Source of the DNA: Octopus bimaculoides
Taxonomy: Eukaryota
DNA: 64,000 nucleotides
Reading direction: 5' to 3'
Assembly (NCBI RefSeq): GCF_001194135.2
Contig: NC_068991.1
Location: 26,633,937-26,697,936, forward strand
Part shown: piece by piece, positions 1 through 11,999 of the stretch
How positions within the stretch are numbered: position 1 is the stretch's first letter
How the letters are laid out: every line of letters begins with the position of its first letter
Notes under the pieces: model-generated
The model's input: the letters and a program-made list of their open reading frames with translations, nothing else
The model's database searches: none
Told to the model about the DNA's origin: nothing
Position numbers and translations under genes: made by a program

Positions 1-764
1 ATATATACATTATGTATAGTATCATGATATTTTTTTATGGTACGGCTCGATCTTTTAGCATTTATAGAGTTACTTTGAGGCGAAATTTTTATATGACAAC
101 TAAAAGTTGTAAATAATAATTTTCTACATGCTTTGCAAAATGATGTTTTGGAAAAAAAAAAATAGATGCAAGAATCTAATAATTTTCTAAAACTGTAAAC
201 AGAAGAGACAATGTATACAATACATTCTGTACAGCTATAGAGATACAAAACAATGTTATGCATTAACATTTATGTAATATCAAGTATGCGTTAATAATTT
301 TCGTCGCTGTTTTCTGATTTTTGTTTTATCGTTCATTCAATATTTGAAATCTCTGTAAATATTGTAACTATTGTAACTAATCTAAATGGACATTTGCGTA
401 TTTGAGAAAAATATAATTTCATTTATCACACCACAATCTAAAATTAAGCATATCGTTTCTACACAGAATGTACAAAAATAATAAAAGAAACGTTACATCG
501 ACTTCAAATTATAAGAGTGCTTATTACTTAATATATTTAATTAGACATATCATTTCTCTTGACAGTCTGCAATAATATTAAATTACGGTTTCTCTTCCTT
601 TTACTTCTACATTAGATCGCTCTATAAAATATCGTCTATTTTTTATGTAAAAGCCTTTCTACGTATACAGTAACTAATTTAAAATATATCTATGTGGTAC
701 TAAGCTGAAGAATCAGCAATCTTCTTACATAAAATATAGCTGGAAAATAAAAACACTGGAATGT

Positions 765-1050
765 TTGCGGATTTTGTGCCGGGATGTTGCAGAAAACCTT
801 CGTACATTGCCGTATTTATCAATCATTTCGTGTCAACCTTCTCTGGATGTATACTATTTTCTCTTGTCAGGTTTGTACGTTCCCGTATTGAGGCCTAGGC
901 TCACGATTAGAAAGTCAATCGTGGTCACATTTGTGTTATCTGTAATCGACGACCCGAATTCTTTGAATATATGTATCAGGTTCCTCTGAAGCATATACAT
1001 GGTCTGACCATTCACATGGCTTGTGATTGCTGCCATTGCTCCAAAATATG
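765..1050 (-). mobile_element. Penelope-like element RT fragment (degraded)
   Basis: Minus ORF 854-1036 reads HIFKEFGSSITDNTNVTTIDFLIVSLGLNTGTYKP, matching the PLE RT C-terminal pattern IF..FGL.IT...N...DFLDVTL.L.TG.Y.PY.KP. Confidence 0.6.
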
Positions 1051-1084
1051 AAATCCTTAGTATTATTATTATTACTATTGTTTG

Positions 1085-1530
1085 GATTTTGCTTTCTGTT
1101 TATACAAGTTAGCTCTGAGTCTCATCTAGAGACCTGAAGTCACAATGAGTTAGATGTTCAAGTATATATTATGATTAAGGTCGTTCATAACTGCCATGTT
1201 TTTGAATTTGTACATTGTGTGTCCTAGAGAATGTTTAGCAAACATAATACAATTAAAATTTTGTTTGAAAGTTGTGTAATCTTAAAATGATGGGAAAAGA
1301 TATCTGCTTTTGTGTACATTTAAAAGCACTTTTACTATATTTACAGATTAAAATATTTGTAGAATTATACAGAGAATATTTTTCGTAGTGTATGAGCAGT
1401 TCCCGGGAATACTAGTCTTTGAATTTCTTCCATTTACTGTTAGCAGATGTTGCATGCATTATTGGAATTGCTTTGGCTAATGATACGCGAACATGCTTAG
1501 GCTGCGTTTCCACTAGCGTTTCTTTGGTGG
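1085..1530 (-). mobile_element. Dong/R4-clade LINE 3' end (ORF C-terminus + 3' UTR)
   Basis: The reverse complement encodes MEEIQRLVFPGTAHTLRKIFSV*, the typical RLE-LINE terminus. The 3' UTR is homologous to 28232-28452 (shared taaacattctctag and aggtctct.g.tgagact blocks) and ends next to (TAA)n at ~1060-1080. Confidence 0.75.
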
Positions 1531-1599
1531 GTAGAAGGGATGGTCATCATTTGTTAAACAGAATTCTCTGTAGCTCATCTTGCCTGTTACTAAACCCAT

Positions 1600-2452
1600 A
1601 TAGGACTCCAAGGAGGAAGTTCCACTTTCAAGTTCTAAAGGGGATTATTGGCGGGGAATCTTTGGGAATCGGGGAATATCAATTGTCCGGCCTTTACGAG
1701 AGGATTTCGTGCCGGAGCATATGGAGGATTTTCAGAAATCCCTGGTCTGACAGAGCTACTGGTGAGTTCTGCTGATGCTAGATAAACTCTACAAGCACAC
1801 ACAAACTTGTCCGAGATTACAGCAGAGCCATTAAATCCTTCATGCACTCGCCTAATGTTCGAGCATTGCTGACTTGTGGAGATATGTCGAACAGATGTAA
1901 TCACAAGTAGGGTGGATCTGGTTGCTGGTCGATTGCATCATGAGGATCACATCGCCGCCTTCTGTAAGGCAGACAGGCAGGCAGGTTTCCTTTGTCTGCC
2001 GATTATGGCGCAAGTGGTATGGTGGTGAGGTTAAAAGGACTGAAGATAGACACTCTCTTCTTTAAACAAAGTCTCATCGACTTCTGGAAGTTTTACTTGA
2101 AAAGGAGAGTGAGGGTGGGGATGGAAGTGCTGCATCTCCTTCCCAGAATTTTAGTTAAAGTTAGGTGAACCCGGCAAAGTTGTCTCATGTGAATGGGCCT
2201 GAAGTCAGTATGCGACAATATACTGAGAGGTGCCTGCTTCAAGGGCCTTCTGCGATCGGGATATGTGGGGTTACTTGGTTGCGCCTGTGTGGATCTTCCC
2301 CGTATTTGCGGAATTTTATAGTTTAATATTTTATTGTTAATTGTTATTGATTTTACTGTTTACTTGTGCTACATGTAAACCCACACTGTCCTTTATGATG
2401 TATGGTCTTTTGTTTTTGTGTGCGACCGTTCTGGCCAATAAAGAAAAAATCA
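1600..2452 (+). mobile_element. Tx1/L1-clade LINE 3' fragment (ORF2 C-terminus, frameshifted, + 3' UTR)
   Basis: Across frameshifts: ESLGIGEYQLSGLYER / MEDFQKSLV*Q...LDKLYKHTQTCPR...HALA*C..IADLWRYVEQM (zinc-knuckle region) / VRLKGLKIDTLFFKQSLIDFWKFYLKRRVRV. It ends in aataaagaaaaaat and has higher GC than its flanks. Confidence 0.72.
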
Positions 2453-2725
2453 TTATTATTATAATTATTATTACTATTGTTGTTGTTGTTGGTGGTGGCG
2501 GTGGAAGTTTACTTTACTTCTTAGAGCACTCGGTCTTGTTTGCTCTGGTAGATTCTGTGAGAGGAGAGAGCAGTCTATTATCAGAGGTCTCAGAGGGTCT
2601 CACAGAGTCTCACAGGGTCTCTTTCCGCATTTTATAATCTTTGAAAATTGGTTGCGAATTATCATGGAAGACATTCGACACACAAGTACCAATGCACAAT
2701 AGATTAGACTGTTGGAAAAGAAACA

Positions 2726-2828
2726 TTTTTAACATTGGCAACAATGTTTTTAACATTGGCTACAATGTTTTTAACATTGGCTACAATGTTTTTAACATTG
2801 GCTACAATGTTTTTAACATTGGCTACAA
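2726..2828. repeat. 21-bp minisatellite, ~4.9 copies (TTTTTAACATTGGCTACAATG)
   Basis: Read directly; copies start at 2726, 2747, 2768, 2789 and 2810, with one substitution in copy 1. Confidence 0.95.
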
Positions 2829-3130
2829 GAAGTAACCTTAGATGCTAAGAACCTTCCTAAGTATCCTAGCAGTGCCTAATAATACAGTTTTCTGAAACTG
2901 CAACAAACTAGGTTTTCTGCCTATTTCCTCTATCCATTTCTTGAAATATTTAGGAATAGTTCCTGAAGCACCTATATCTCCAGGGATACATTTTACCCAT
3001 ACTGTCTATAGTCTCTGTAACTCAATGCCTAGGCCTTGTTACATTGTTACTTTCTCTATACTTTTCATATTGGTATTGTTATCATTTAATTCTGTAAAGT
3101 CAATTACCTGGCACGTTCTTTTCTCTTTAC

Positions 3131-3199
<69 letters not shown>

Positions 3200-4070
3200 A
3201 ATTCTAGCTTTTATTACTCTGTCAGTCTGAATGTTAAAATCTCACAGCACCTTATATTTCTTACTATCTAGTACTTTACTAGATTCGTGTTCCGAACACC
3301 TATCAGTACTCTGCATAACTCCCGATGGATTATTCTCCCTAGATCGTCATGTCTTTCCTTGCATTCTTTCCGCGCCAGCATGCTACATTCACTTGCAATA
3401 TGAGTAACACTTTCCTCTTTTGATTTACATAACCTACATTGGTAATATGCCTTCGATTTGTTTATCTTGGCTATCCTTAATACTTGATCTTCTGCAATTA
3501 CCAGCAAACTTTCTGTCTTCCTCTTCAGCTTTCCTTTCTGCAAACAAAACCAGGTTTCACAATTGTTATTTCCTGAATCTATCTTTGGGTATCTACCATG
3601 CAAAGTCTTCTCTTGCCAGTCAGATAATCTTTATTATTTTCTCTGTTTTTTAACTTCATTTGGGTTCTTTGGTTTCCTTATCTCCTACTATTACTCTCGC
3701 AGATCTTAGTAAACTTTCCTCGCTATTACCTACATAGGAGGCTGTATCTACAATTGTTAACTCCACGCAGCCTTCTACTGGTATTAGACATTTACCATCT
3801 TCCTTTCTAGGTAAGTATAACCTTGCTAATACCACACTTGGGAGAAGTCTAATACCCCTAGATATCTGTACCGTTTGTATAAAAGAATCTCTTTCTTAAT
3901 AAAACTCTTTCGATCACCCATTTGGAGCAAATGGTAAATATTTTCTTTTACTATTTCTGAACGGTTAGCTTGCTTTGCCTTTCTTAATACTAAACTAAAT
4001 GGAATTAAGCATAACAAAAATTTTAAAAGTCATAACTAGTCTACTTGTAAAATTCCTCTCTTACATGTGC
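2829..4070 (-). mobile_element. Dong/R4-clade LINE, internally deleted RT + CCHC + RLE pseudogene
   Basis: Minus frames give KRGILQVD*L (RGIFQGDSLSP), LQMGDRK (YMDDLK), YRYLGV, RLYLPRKEDGKCLIPVE, GKLKRKTESLLVIAEDQ, CRLCKSKEESVTHIASEC...KERHDDLGRIIHRELC, KVL*DFNIQTD and KRTCQVIDF...QKTVLLGTARILRKVLSI*. Confidence 0.9.
3131..3199. repeat. (CTA)23 microsatellite inside the Dong RLE domain
   Basis: Perfect 69-bp CTA array read directly. Confidence 0.97.
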
Positions 4071-4185
4071 TAAGGGACATGCTCAACTGGTCAAGGTCAA
4101 GCAGCTGCCAAGCAAATCTGTGGTACTGAGCAGAATATTTGCTGTAACCCATCTTTTTTATTCAGTAGAATATTTTCTGTGGGCC
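4070..4185 (-). mobile_element. Unclassified interspersed repeat fragment (second copy at ~57990-58170, + strand)
   Basis: The reverse complement gcaaatattctgctcagtaccacagatttgctt...ttgagcatgtcccttag matches gcagatgctttgctcagtaccatagatttgctt...ttgatcatgtcccttaa near 58003. Confidence 0.6.
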
Positions 4186-4189
4186 ACCA

Positions 4190-4211
4190 TTTTATTATTA
4201 TTATTATTATT

Positions 4212-4292
<81 letters not shown>

Positions 4293-4318
4293 GCTATTAT
4301 TATTATTATTATTATTAT
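4190..4318. repeat. Compound (TTA)n/(TCA)n microsatellite
   Basis: Read directly. Confidence 0.95.
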
Positions 4319-4512
4319 TGAGTGAGAGAGCAGTGCATGCCATGAAAATGACACTGAGGTAAAATATACGAAGCTCATTATACCCATCATGACTACCCAT
4401 CTGATAAGGGTACACCAGGCACATGCTTCACAACCATATGTGCGTGACATGGTGATCTAATATCAAAATAAACAGCGCATGATCTCACAGATGGGGCCCA
4501 GTTAGAATTTCT

Positions 4513-4584
4513 TTTCTTCTTCTTCTTCTTCTTCTTCTTCTTCTTCTTCTTCTTCTTCTTCTTCTTCTTCTTCTTCTTCTTCTT

Positions 4585-4659
<75 letters not shown>
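4513..4659. repeat. (CTT)n then (ATT)n microsatellite running into a gap
   Basis: Read directly. Confidence 0.95.
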
Positions 4660-5332
4660 NNNNNNNNNNNNNNNNNNNNNNNNNNNNNNNNNNNNNNNNN
4701 NNNNNNNNNNNNNNNNNNNNNNNNNNNNNNNNNNNNNNNNNNNNNNNNNNNNNNNNNNNNNNNNNNNNNNNNNNNNNNNNNNNNNNNNNNNNNNNNNNNN
4801 NNNNNNNNNNNNNNNNNNNNNNNNNNNNNNNNNNNNNNNNNNNNNNNNNNNNNNNNNNNNNNNNNNNNNNNNNNNNNNNNNNNNNNNNNNNNNNNNNNNN
4901 NNNNNNNNNNNNNNNNNNNNNNNNNNNNNNNNNNNNNNNNNNNNNNNNNNNNNNNNNNNNNNNNNNNNNNNNNNNNNNNNNNNNNNNNNNNNNNNNNNNN
5001 NNNNNNNNNNNNNNNNNNNNNNNNNNNNNNNNNNNNNNNNNNNNNNNNNNNNNNNNNNNNNNNNNNNNNNNNNNNNNNNNNNNNNNNNNNNNNNNNNNNN
5101 NNNNNNNNNNNNNNNNNNNNNNNNNNNNNNNNNNNNNNNNNNNNNNNNNNNNNNNNNNNNNNNNNNNNNNNNNNNNNNNNNNNNNNNNNNNNNNNNNNNN
5201 NNNNNNNNNNNNNNNNNNNNNNNNNNNNNNNNNNNNNNNNNNNNNNNNNNNNNNNNNNNNNNNNNNNNNNNNNNNNNNNNNNNNNNNNNNNNNNNNNNNN
5301 NNNNNNNNNNNNNNNNNNNNNNNNNNNNNNNN
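4660..5332. other. Assembly gap (N). Other gaps: 6776-7317, 7700-8136, 15464-15476, 23840-24723, 38316-38477, 43827-43918, 45969-46147, 52993-53192, 55842-56341, 58393-58709
   Basis: N runs, nearly all bordered by (TA)n, (CTT)n or (ATT)n, as expected for short-read scaffolding. Confidence 0.99.
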
Positions 5333-5728
5333 TCTTTAATATGTTGGTCTGGTTGTTCTTTGTAGGTAGGCATTGATCTTGGGCTGCTATGATAAACCCC
5401 TCTGTTTCTGATGTCAAGCCAGAGGCCATTAACCATTGGTGGATAAGGGCTTTGTCAATATCTGCATTATTCGCTCTCTTTGAGTATTTGCCATTGAGAG
5501 GTTTTCCATGCCATTTTTCAGTCATAATATCTAAGGCAGCAATTTTAGCACGGGTTTTCAAGCGCTTAGCTTTTTCTGCAGGTGTTTCTAGTTCGTCTAA
5601 TTCTTGAATCTGTTGTAATTGGAATTCACTTAGATAGTCCTTTGTCTGTTTTGTTACTGAGTAAGACGCTTTCTTGCTTTCATGTTTTGAGACAAGTTTT
5701 AGCATCCAGTCCTCAGAGTTTTTCAGAT
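5333..5728 (-). mobile_element. Dong/R4-clade LINE fragment (post-RT domain), open frame of ~130 aa
   Basis: EKWHGKPLNGKYSKRANNADIDKALIHQWLMASGLTSETEGFIIAAQDQCLPTKN is the conserved block preceding the CCHC knuckle in R4/Dong. The 5' end is truncated at (TAA)n. Confidence 0.9.
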
Positions 5729-5730
5729 TT

Positions 5731-5865
<135 letters not shown>

Positions 5866-5869
5866 AGTC

Positions 5870-6045
5870 GACCTGGTAAAATCGTTACTGTGGCGGACAA
5901 AATATTAGCAGCAATTCGTCCGGCTCTTTTTGTTCTGAATTCCACCGCGGCCGAGGCTGACTTTGTACAGTGGTCATTTAAATCGACTATCCAATTCCCA
6001 ACAAATTTCAGGCTTTATGCCTAAAATAGAAAGGATTATTTCTAT
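5870..6045 (+). mobile_element. tRNA-type SINE, family A (degraded)
   Basis: aaaatcgtta...gttctgaattccaccgcggccgaggctgacttt...aatcgact...aaatttcagg...tgcctaaaatagaaagg aligns by eye with the reverse complement of 12183-12401. Confidence 0.55.
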
Positions 6046-6679
6046 TATCGTTAGTAGTAGATCGGAAGTTTCCCCCCCGTCCTCCTCGTTGTCTCCTCCT
6101 ATTTCCCCTCTTTTCGTTGACTGTGTAATTTAAAGCCTTATCACATTATGACATGCGTTTTTCAGTCCAGGGGAATATTCTCCGTATACGTGTCTGTAGG
6201 TTACTTGCATGGTTAAACGCTAATGTCACTGCTAGAATGTCAGCTGGAATCCTAACACATCAATGATCATAGCAATCAGTGGCAGAAGACCCACCGACAT
6301 ATCAGTTCAGCTCGTTATACTTACTACGTATTTTCTCTTGGTAATTTACTAAAAAGCAAGAGCAAGAGTTTGATAGATTCGGTAAACAAAAATACGTTGT
6401 GCCTGAATATGTATATATTTCACTCAGACCTAGTTTGAATTTCATACTTTTATGGTCGATCATATATATAACAAGTAAACTACACATGTCAATGTAATCG
6501 ATTAGGTTGTTCCTCAAAAGCAGTGGTCGATGCAGCTTTAATACAGATCGATGTATTAAATAACATTAAAGTCGAGGAAGCTGAAGCATTTAACGAAATG
6601 AATAATATTGAAACATTTCTTCTTTATTCCATCTTTTCATACTTTTCGTCGCTCAAGAGAAGCTAGGACAGATAAAAGT

Positions 6680-6775
6680 TTCTTCTTCTTCTTCTTCTTC
6701 TTCTTCTTCTTCTTCTTCTTCTTCTTCTTCTTCTTCTTCTTCTTCTTCTTCTTCTTCTTCTTCTTCTTCTTCTTC
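6680..6775. repeat. (CTT)n microsatellite
   Basis: Read directly; runs into a gap. Confidence 0.95.
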
Positions 6776-8136
6776 NNNNNNNNNNNNNNNNNNNNNNNNN
6801 NNNNNNNNNNNNNNNNNNNNNNNNNNNNNNNNNNNNNNNNNNNNNNNNNNNNNNNNNNNNNNNNNNNNNNNNNNNNNNNNNNNNNNNNNNNNNNNNNNNN
6901 NNNNNNNNNNNNNNNNNNNNNNNNNNNNNNNNNNNNNNNNNNNNNNNNNNNNNNNNNNNNNNNNNNNNNNNNNNNNNNNNNNNNNNNNNNNNNNNNNNNN
7001 NNNNNNNNNNNNNNNNNNNNNNNNNNNNNNNNNNNNNNNNNNNNNNNNNNNNNNNNNNNNNNNNNNNNNNNNNNNNNNNNNNNNNNNNNNNNNNNNNNNN
7101 NNNNNNNNNNNNNNNNNNNNNNNNNNNNNNNNNNNNNNNNNNNNNNNNNNNNNNNNNNNNNNNNNNNNNNNNNNNNNNNNNNNNNNNNNNNNNNNNNNNN
7201 NNNNNNNNNNNNNNNNNNNNNNNNNNNNNNNNNNNNNNNNNNNNNNNNNNNNNNNNNNNNNNNNNNNNNNNNNNNNNNNNNNNNNNNNNNNNNNNNNNNN
7301 NNNNNNNNNNNNNNNNNATATATATGCACACACACACTCACACTCTGGTACATATGTCAGTTACCAATATAGTTCAAAAGAACTAGAGAATATCAAATAG
7401 ACTTCAGTGAAAAATATTTACCAACTTCACAATTCTTATCATATGTAATAGGGATGGCGTTAAGTTATAGTAAATTTCCAGTAGTAGACAAACATGCTTC
7501 CAGCTAATGTATATATTTATTCGTTGAAGGTAATACGCATATATCCACATAGACATACCCTTATATATATGTATACATACGCACATAAAATTAGTCAAGT
7601 ATATTTATCACTCTTGTCTCAGTTGTATCATTATATGCATACACGCCAGCACACTTTACAAACATAGACACGCACACACGTATGTATAAACATGTATATN
7701 NNNNNNNNNNNNNNNNNNNNNNNNNNNNNNNNNNNNNNNNNNNNNNNNNNNNNNNNNNNNNNNNNNNNNNNNNNNNNNNNNNNNNNNNNNNNNNNNNNNN
7801 NNNNNNNNNNNNNNNNNNNNNNNNNNNNNNNNNNNNNNNNNNNNNNNNNNNNNNNNNNNNNNNNNNNNNNNNNNNNNNNNNNNNNNNNNNNNNNNNNNNN
7901 NNNNNNNNNNNNNNNNNNNNNNNNNNNNNNNNNNNNNNNNNNNNNNNNNNNNNNNNNNNNNNNNNNNNNNNNNNNNNNNNNNNNNNNNNNNNNNNNNNNN
8001 NNNNNNNNNNNNNNNNNNNNNNNNNNNNNNNNNNNNNNNNNNNNNNNNNNNNNNNNNNNNNNNNNNNNNNNNNNNNNNNNNNNNNNNNNNNNNNNNNNNN
8101 NNNNNNNNNNNNNNNNNNNNNNNNNNNNNNNNNNNN

Positions 8137-8169
<33 letters not shown>

Positions 8170-8835
8170 GTATATGTATGTACATATGTAAGAACCGCGT
8201 ATTTACTAGTATCATGATATACGGGAATAGTCATGACTACCTTGTGCACTTGTATATTTTTGATATACTACCTGTGTGTATATTTGTTTGTGTGCATTTC
8301 TGCTTGTGTGTGTATGTGTATGCGAGGGTGAGAGTGTGTGTGTTTGCCTCTCTGTGTGTCTATTTGTCAGTATTTCAAAATATATTTTCCTATATTAATG
8401 CCAACAGGCAATTTTCATGATAAACAACATTAATGTTCTATCTCCAGAAATCCTTTGATAATGTATTTTATTATATGGCGCTATCTTGCATGGAAAGTGA
8501 CATTTCTACACTATCCGTTATAATATTTATCAAAAAACATAACCTTATACATTTTGAATTAACTCTTTCTTACCCTTGTTTTTGCTGGAATTGTTGTTGC
8601 TGCCACTGCTCTTGGTGTTGTTATTGTTGTTTTTCTTTTTCTTATTATTCTTGTTCGTGTTGTTTCAACACATGGATGTTTTAACTTTTGAAAATTTACA
8701 TGTCGGTCGTTGTTGTGTCATGCGCCCATTGTCAATCTATCTTTTTATTGACGTTGGTTCTAAGGCGTTCCTTAACACCTTTAATATTACATATAATATA
8801 CTAACATTTTTTTATTTTTTCTTATCCACAAACAG

Positions 8836-8895
8836 ACGACAACATCCATTATGAATTACAAAAGGAATTGGAACCAACGAGGAAGACGTGATATC
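8836..8895 (+). other. Candidate spliced exon (60 nt) of an unidentified host gene
   Basis: TACTAAC branch point at 8799-8805, pyrimidine tract, CAG acceptor at 8833-8835 and possible donor ATC|GTAATT at 8896. Frame 0 is open (TTTSIMNYKRNWNQRGRRDI). An alternative terminal-exon reading is DDNIHYELQKELEPTRKT*. Confidence 0.3.
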
Positions 8896-9162
8896 GTAAT
8901 TGCTTTCAAAAAAAAGGGGGGGGAGAAGGAAAAACAACCAGATATATTTTAGATTAACATTTCTACCGAGTTAGTAAAGGACACGTCAAAGAATATGATA
9001 CACGGTTTTCTGTACCTAGATAAAAGATGCGGTAATTATGATTTGATCGATCAGGTATAACTCTACTGTTACTCAAATTAAGACAGGGTTTTTTAAAATT
9101 TCTTATTTCAACTATCTTCCAACTTAGCAGAATCCCTGCGATTTTAATTCTAAACTCTACTT

Positions 9163-9300
9163 TATCGTCGTCGTCATCGTCGTCGTCGTCATCGTCGTCG
9201 TCATCATCATCATCATCACCATTGCCGTCGTCGTCATCACAATTGTCATCGTCGCAGTCATCATCATAGTCGACGTCGTCTACGCTGTCGTTGCCGTAAT
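9163..9300. repeat. Degenerate (TCG)/(TCA) trinucleotide repeat
   Basis: Read directly; it produces the poly-Asp ORF 8963-9310. Confidence 0.9.
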
Positions 9301-11104
9301 CATCAAACACATCTTGGTCTAATAATTTTTCGTGAGGCTGTCCTAAAATTTTTCTTTCCTAAAATATATTACCATACATTGTGTCATAGGTGTAATGCAG
9401 GTTTCACTTCGCCTTTATACTATGAGACAATGATTTATGAGGCATTTACAAGCGTTAAGCAATGAAATGTTGTTATACTTCTTCATAAACATCTCTGAGG
9501 AAACAGAGTGGGTGGTCAACATATGCGAATTACCCGTGAAATACTGACTAAACTCACACCGTTCAGTATTATAAATAGAACAACTCTATGGTATGTTTAA
9601 TTGTACATTATACCTTAAAATATACAAAGTGGAGGATAATAAATTTTAGAAAGTCCTATGATCATTAACATACTCTATCGGGGTTCAGCTCGAACGAAAT
9701 AACTACAACAGCAACAACAATAACAACAGCAACACGAAACAACCGCAACAACATATATTCCCGTAAATTTCGAATCTACTACGTATTGTGTTACTTCTAA
9801 AGACTCAGCGATAACTGTTGCAAAAATCTTTCAAATAATCAAGGCTGACGCCTATAATGTAAATGAAATAACCAAAGTGGTGAAGGATAAGAAATATATT
9901 CCACATTTCAGTTCATGTATTCTGAGTGTCAATCAATCGTTTTGATTATCGAAGGCAAAATATGTTTAAGGTTTACCAAAATTAAGATAACCCTATTGCG
10001 CGCCACCGAGAAACATTTTATGTTGTCGTTTAGTCTGCAAGAAATAGCAGCAAATGGTTTCTTAATCCATAGAAAAAAATGAACTCAATTAATAATATAT
10101 CTCAGCAGGTATGTGGTTACCAGGACGTTTTTACCTGGTTTGAATGTCCTTTTGATATTTTGATCCAAATATGGGATCCATTTTTTGGCAATCACGTCTA
10201 GATTTCAAAATACTCACCACCGACCTTTTGTAAATATCTTCATTTTTCAGAGAAATCCATTGTTTACCTGTGATTATTTTATTAATATTTATGGGGAAAT
10301 ATTAGGAGGCCTAAGAATGACCGATAAAATGAATTATTTGATTTGATCAGTTGAAGAGTTTTGGTACCAAATTTGAACCGTATCATTGCTGATTTAGATG
10401 TTTGTCGTTGATGTGGTTTAGACCTTCATCATCTGGGGTGGAAGTTGTTTGTCAGCAACTCAAAACAACCCTGTTTGCTATGTCTTTTATTCAGACAAAT
10501 TATACATTGGAGAAAATTATGTAAGACCTTTAAAAAGAAAGGGGTGAGATTTTAGGGATTTTGATTTCTATTTCTAGTACATTCATTAAAGTTGCAAAGA
10601 TATTTGGTAATATTAGGATTGACATTGCTTACTTATTACCAATAATAATTTCTCTTTCTTGCTTTGCTGCCAAAATAAACTAAGTTACAATAAAATATTA
10701 CTGTTGTCTACTATGTAAAATAAATTCTTTTTGACATATGAAAGTAGGTTTTCCATTGGCTAAAAATGAATTAGCGTAAATTTTCTACGAATTAATGCAA
10801 CCCTGTTACTATGCTGGATAATTTTCATTTCAAAAATTATCTGAAATCTATCAGCTCTATGTGCTACTGCTACACACTCTGACTCCTTCAACACAGGAAA
10901 GAAAGAAATGAGGAAGACTGACGTTAACCATATTAATAACACAGAAAACGAGGATAGAATCCGTAGTGAGACTATGAGGATAATTTTATTAGCTATGTTT
11001 CAAAGAAACTAAAATTAGAATATGACGTTTGTTTGTAGCAGTGATTATATCTTAACAGGCGTTTTTCGCTTATCTGCTTCTTCCATCGTTCTTTTATTTT
11101 TCAG

Positions 11105-11158
11105 GGATTAGAAAGAAGGCAACCAGCAGCATTTGAGACAATTTTTAGGCCTGCCATG
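11105..11158 (+). other. Candidate spliced exon (54 nt) of an unidentified host gene
   Basis: A ~45-nt AG-free pyrimidine tract ends in TTTCAG (AG at 11103-11104), with donor ATG|GTTAGT at 11159. Only frame 0 is open: GLERRQPAAFETIFRPAM. Confidence 0.3.
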
Positions 11159-11481
11159 GTTAGTTAGAAAGGAATGGAAGTCATCCTTAGCCTGGAAACT
11201 TGGCTTAAATATTCACATCGTAGCGCTTTCAACTAAATGTTCCATAAAACACGTGCAAATATTAAACTAGAAGCTGGAGTACGTTAAATGCTTAGGATAA
11301 GATAGTACTTCTATGATCAAATTATGCATAAGCTTTGCTTAATGAATTTCCCGTCAAAAGGCTTTCGTAGACCGGTGCATATTACAGAAAACAACACTTG
11401 CCCCAAACGCTGATCACTGAGATTGATCTAGAAACCGTATAGATATGTTGTCTTACCTAAACGTAAGACAAAAATGCAAAA

Positions 11482-11690
11482 ATATTCTTTTCTACTCAAG
11501 GCCCGAAATTTTGGGAGAGGGTGCCATTCGATTAGATCGACTCCAGTACACGACTAGTACTTAATTGATCGACCCCGAAAGGATTGAAGGCAAAGACTTC
11601 AGTGGAATTTGAACTCAGAATATAAAGGAAGAAGAAATACCGCTAAGCGTTTCGACCGGTGTGCTAATGTTTCTGCCAGTTCACCGCCTT
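11482..11690 (-). mobile_element. tRNA-type SINE, family A
   Basis: The reverse complement has head aaggcggtgaactggcagaaacattagcac, B-box-like gagttcaaattcc, body cctttcggggtcgatcaattaagtac and tail gagtagaaaagaatatt. Confidence 0.85.
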
Positions 11691-11869
11691 CAAAATGCAA
11701 AATTATTGAAGTAAAGATATCTATTTGAACAACACAACATAGTATCGGAAAACTATAATAATATAGTAGGAAAACATTTCTAATTCTTCAAAGGATAAAT
11801 TATAAACCTTTGACAGTTTGTACAACATAACAACACACCAATTTCAAAAGAAAAGTTATATTTATTAAT

Positions 11870-11885
11870 ATTGTTGTTGTTGTTG

Positions 11886-11974
<89 letters not shown>

Positions 11975-11998
11975 GTTGTTATTGTTATTATTATTAAT
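11870..11998. repeat. (TTG)n/(TTA)n microsatellite
   Basis: Read directly. Confidence 0.95.
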
Positions 11999-11999
11999 A

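Noticed and set aside
2726-2828. Palindromic ~21-bp repeat resembling a CRISPR array
   Set aside because: Units are contiguous with no unique spacers, there are no cas genes, and the context is eukaryotic.
8963-9310. Poly-Asp acidic ORF
   Set aside because: It is the translation of a degenerate trinucleotide repeat, with no domain or splice support.
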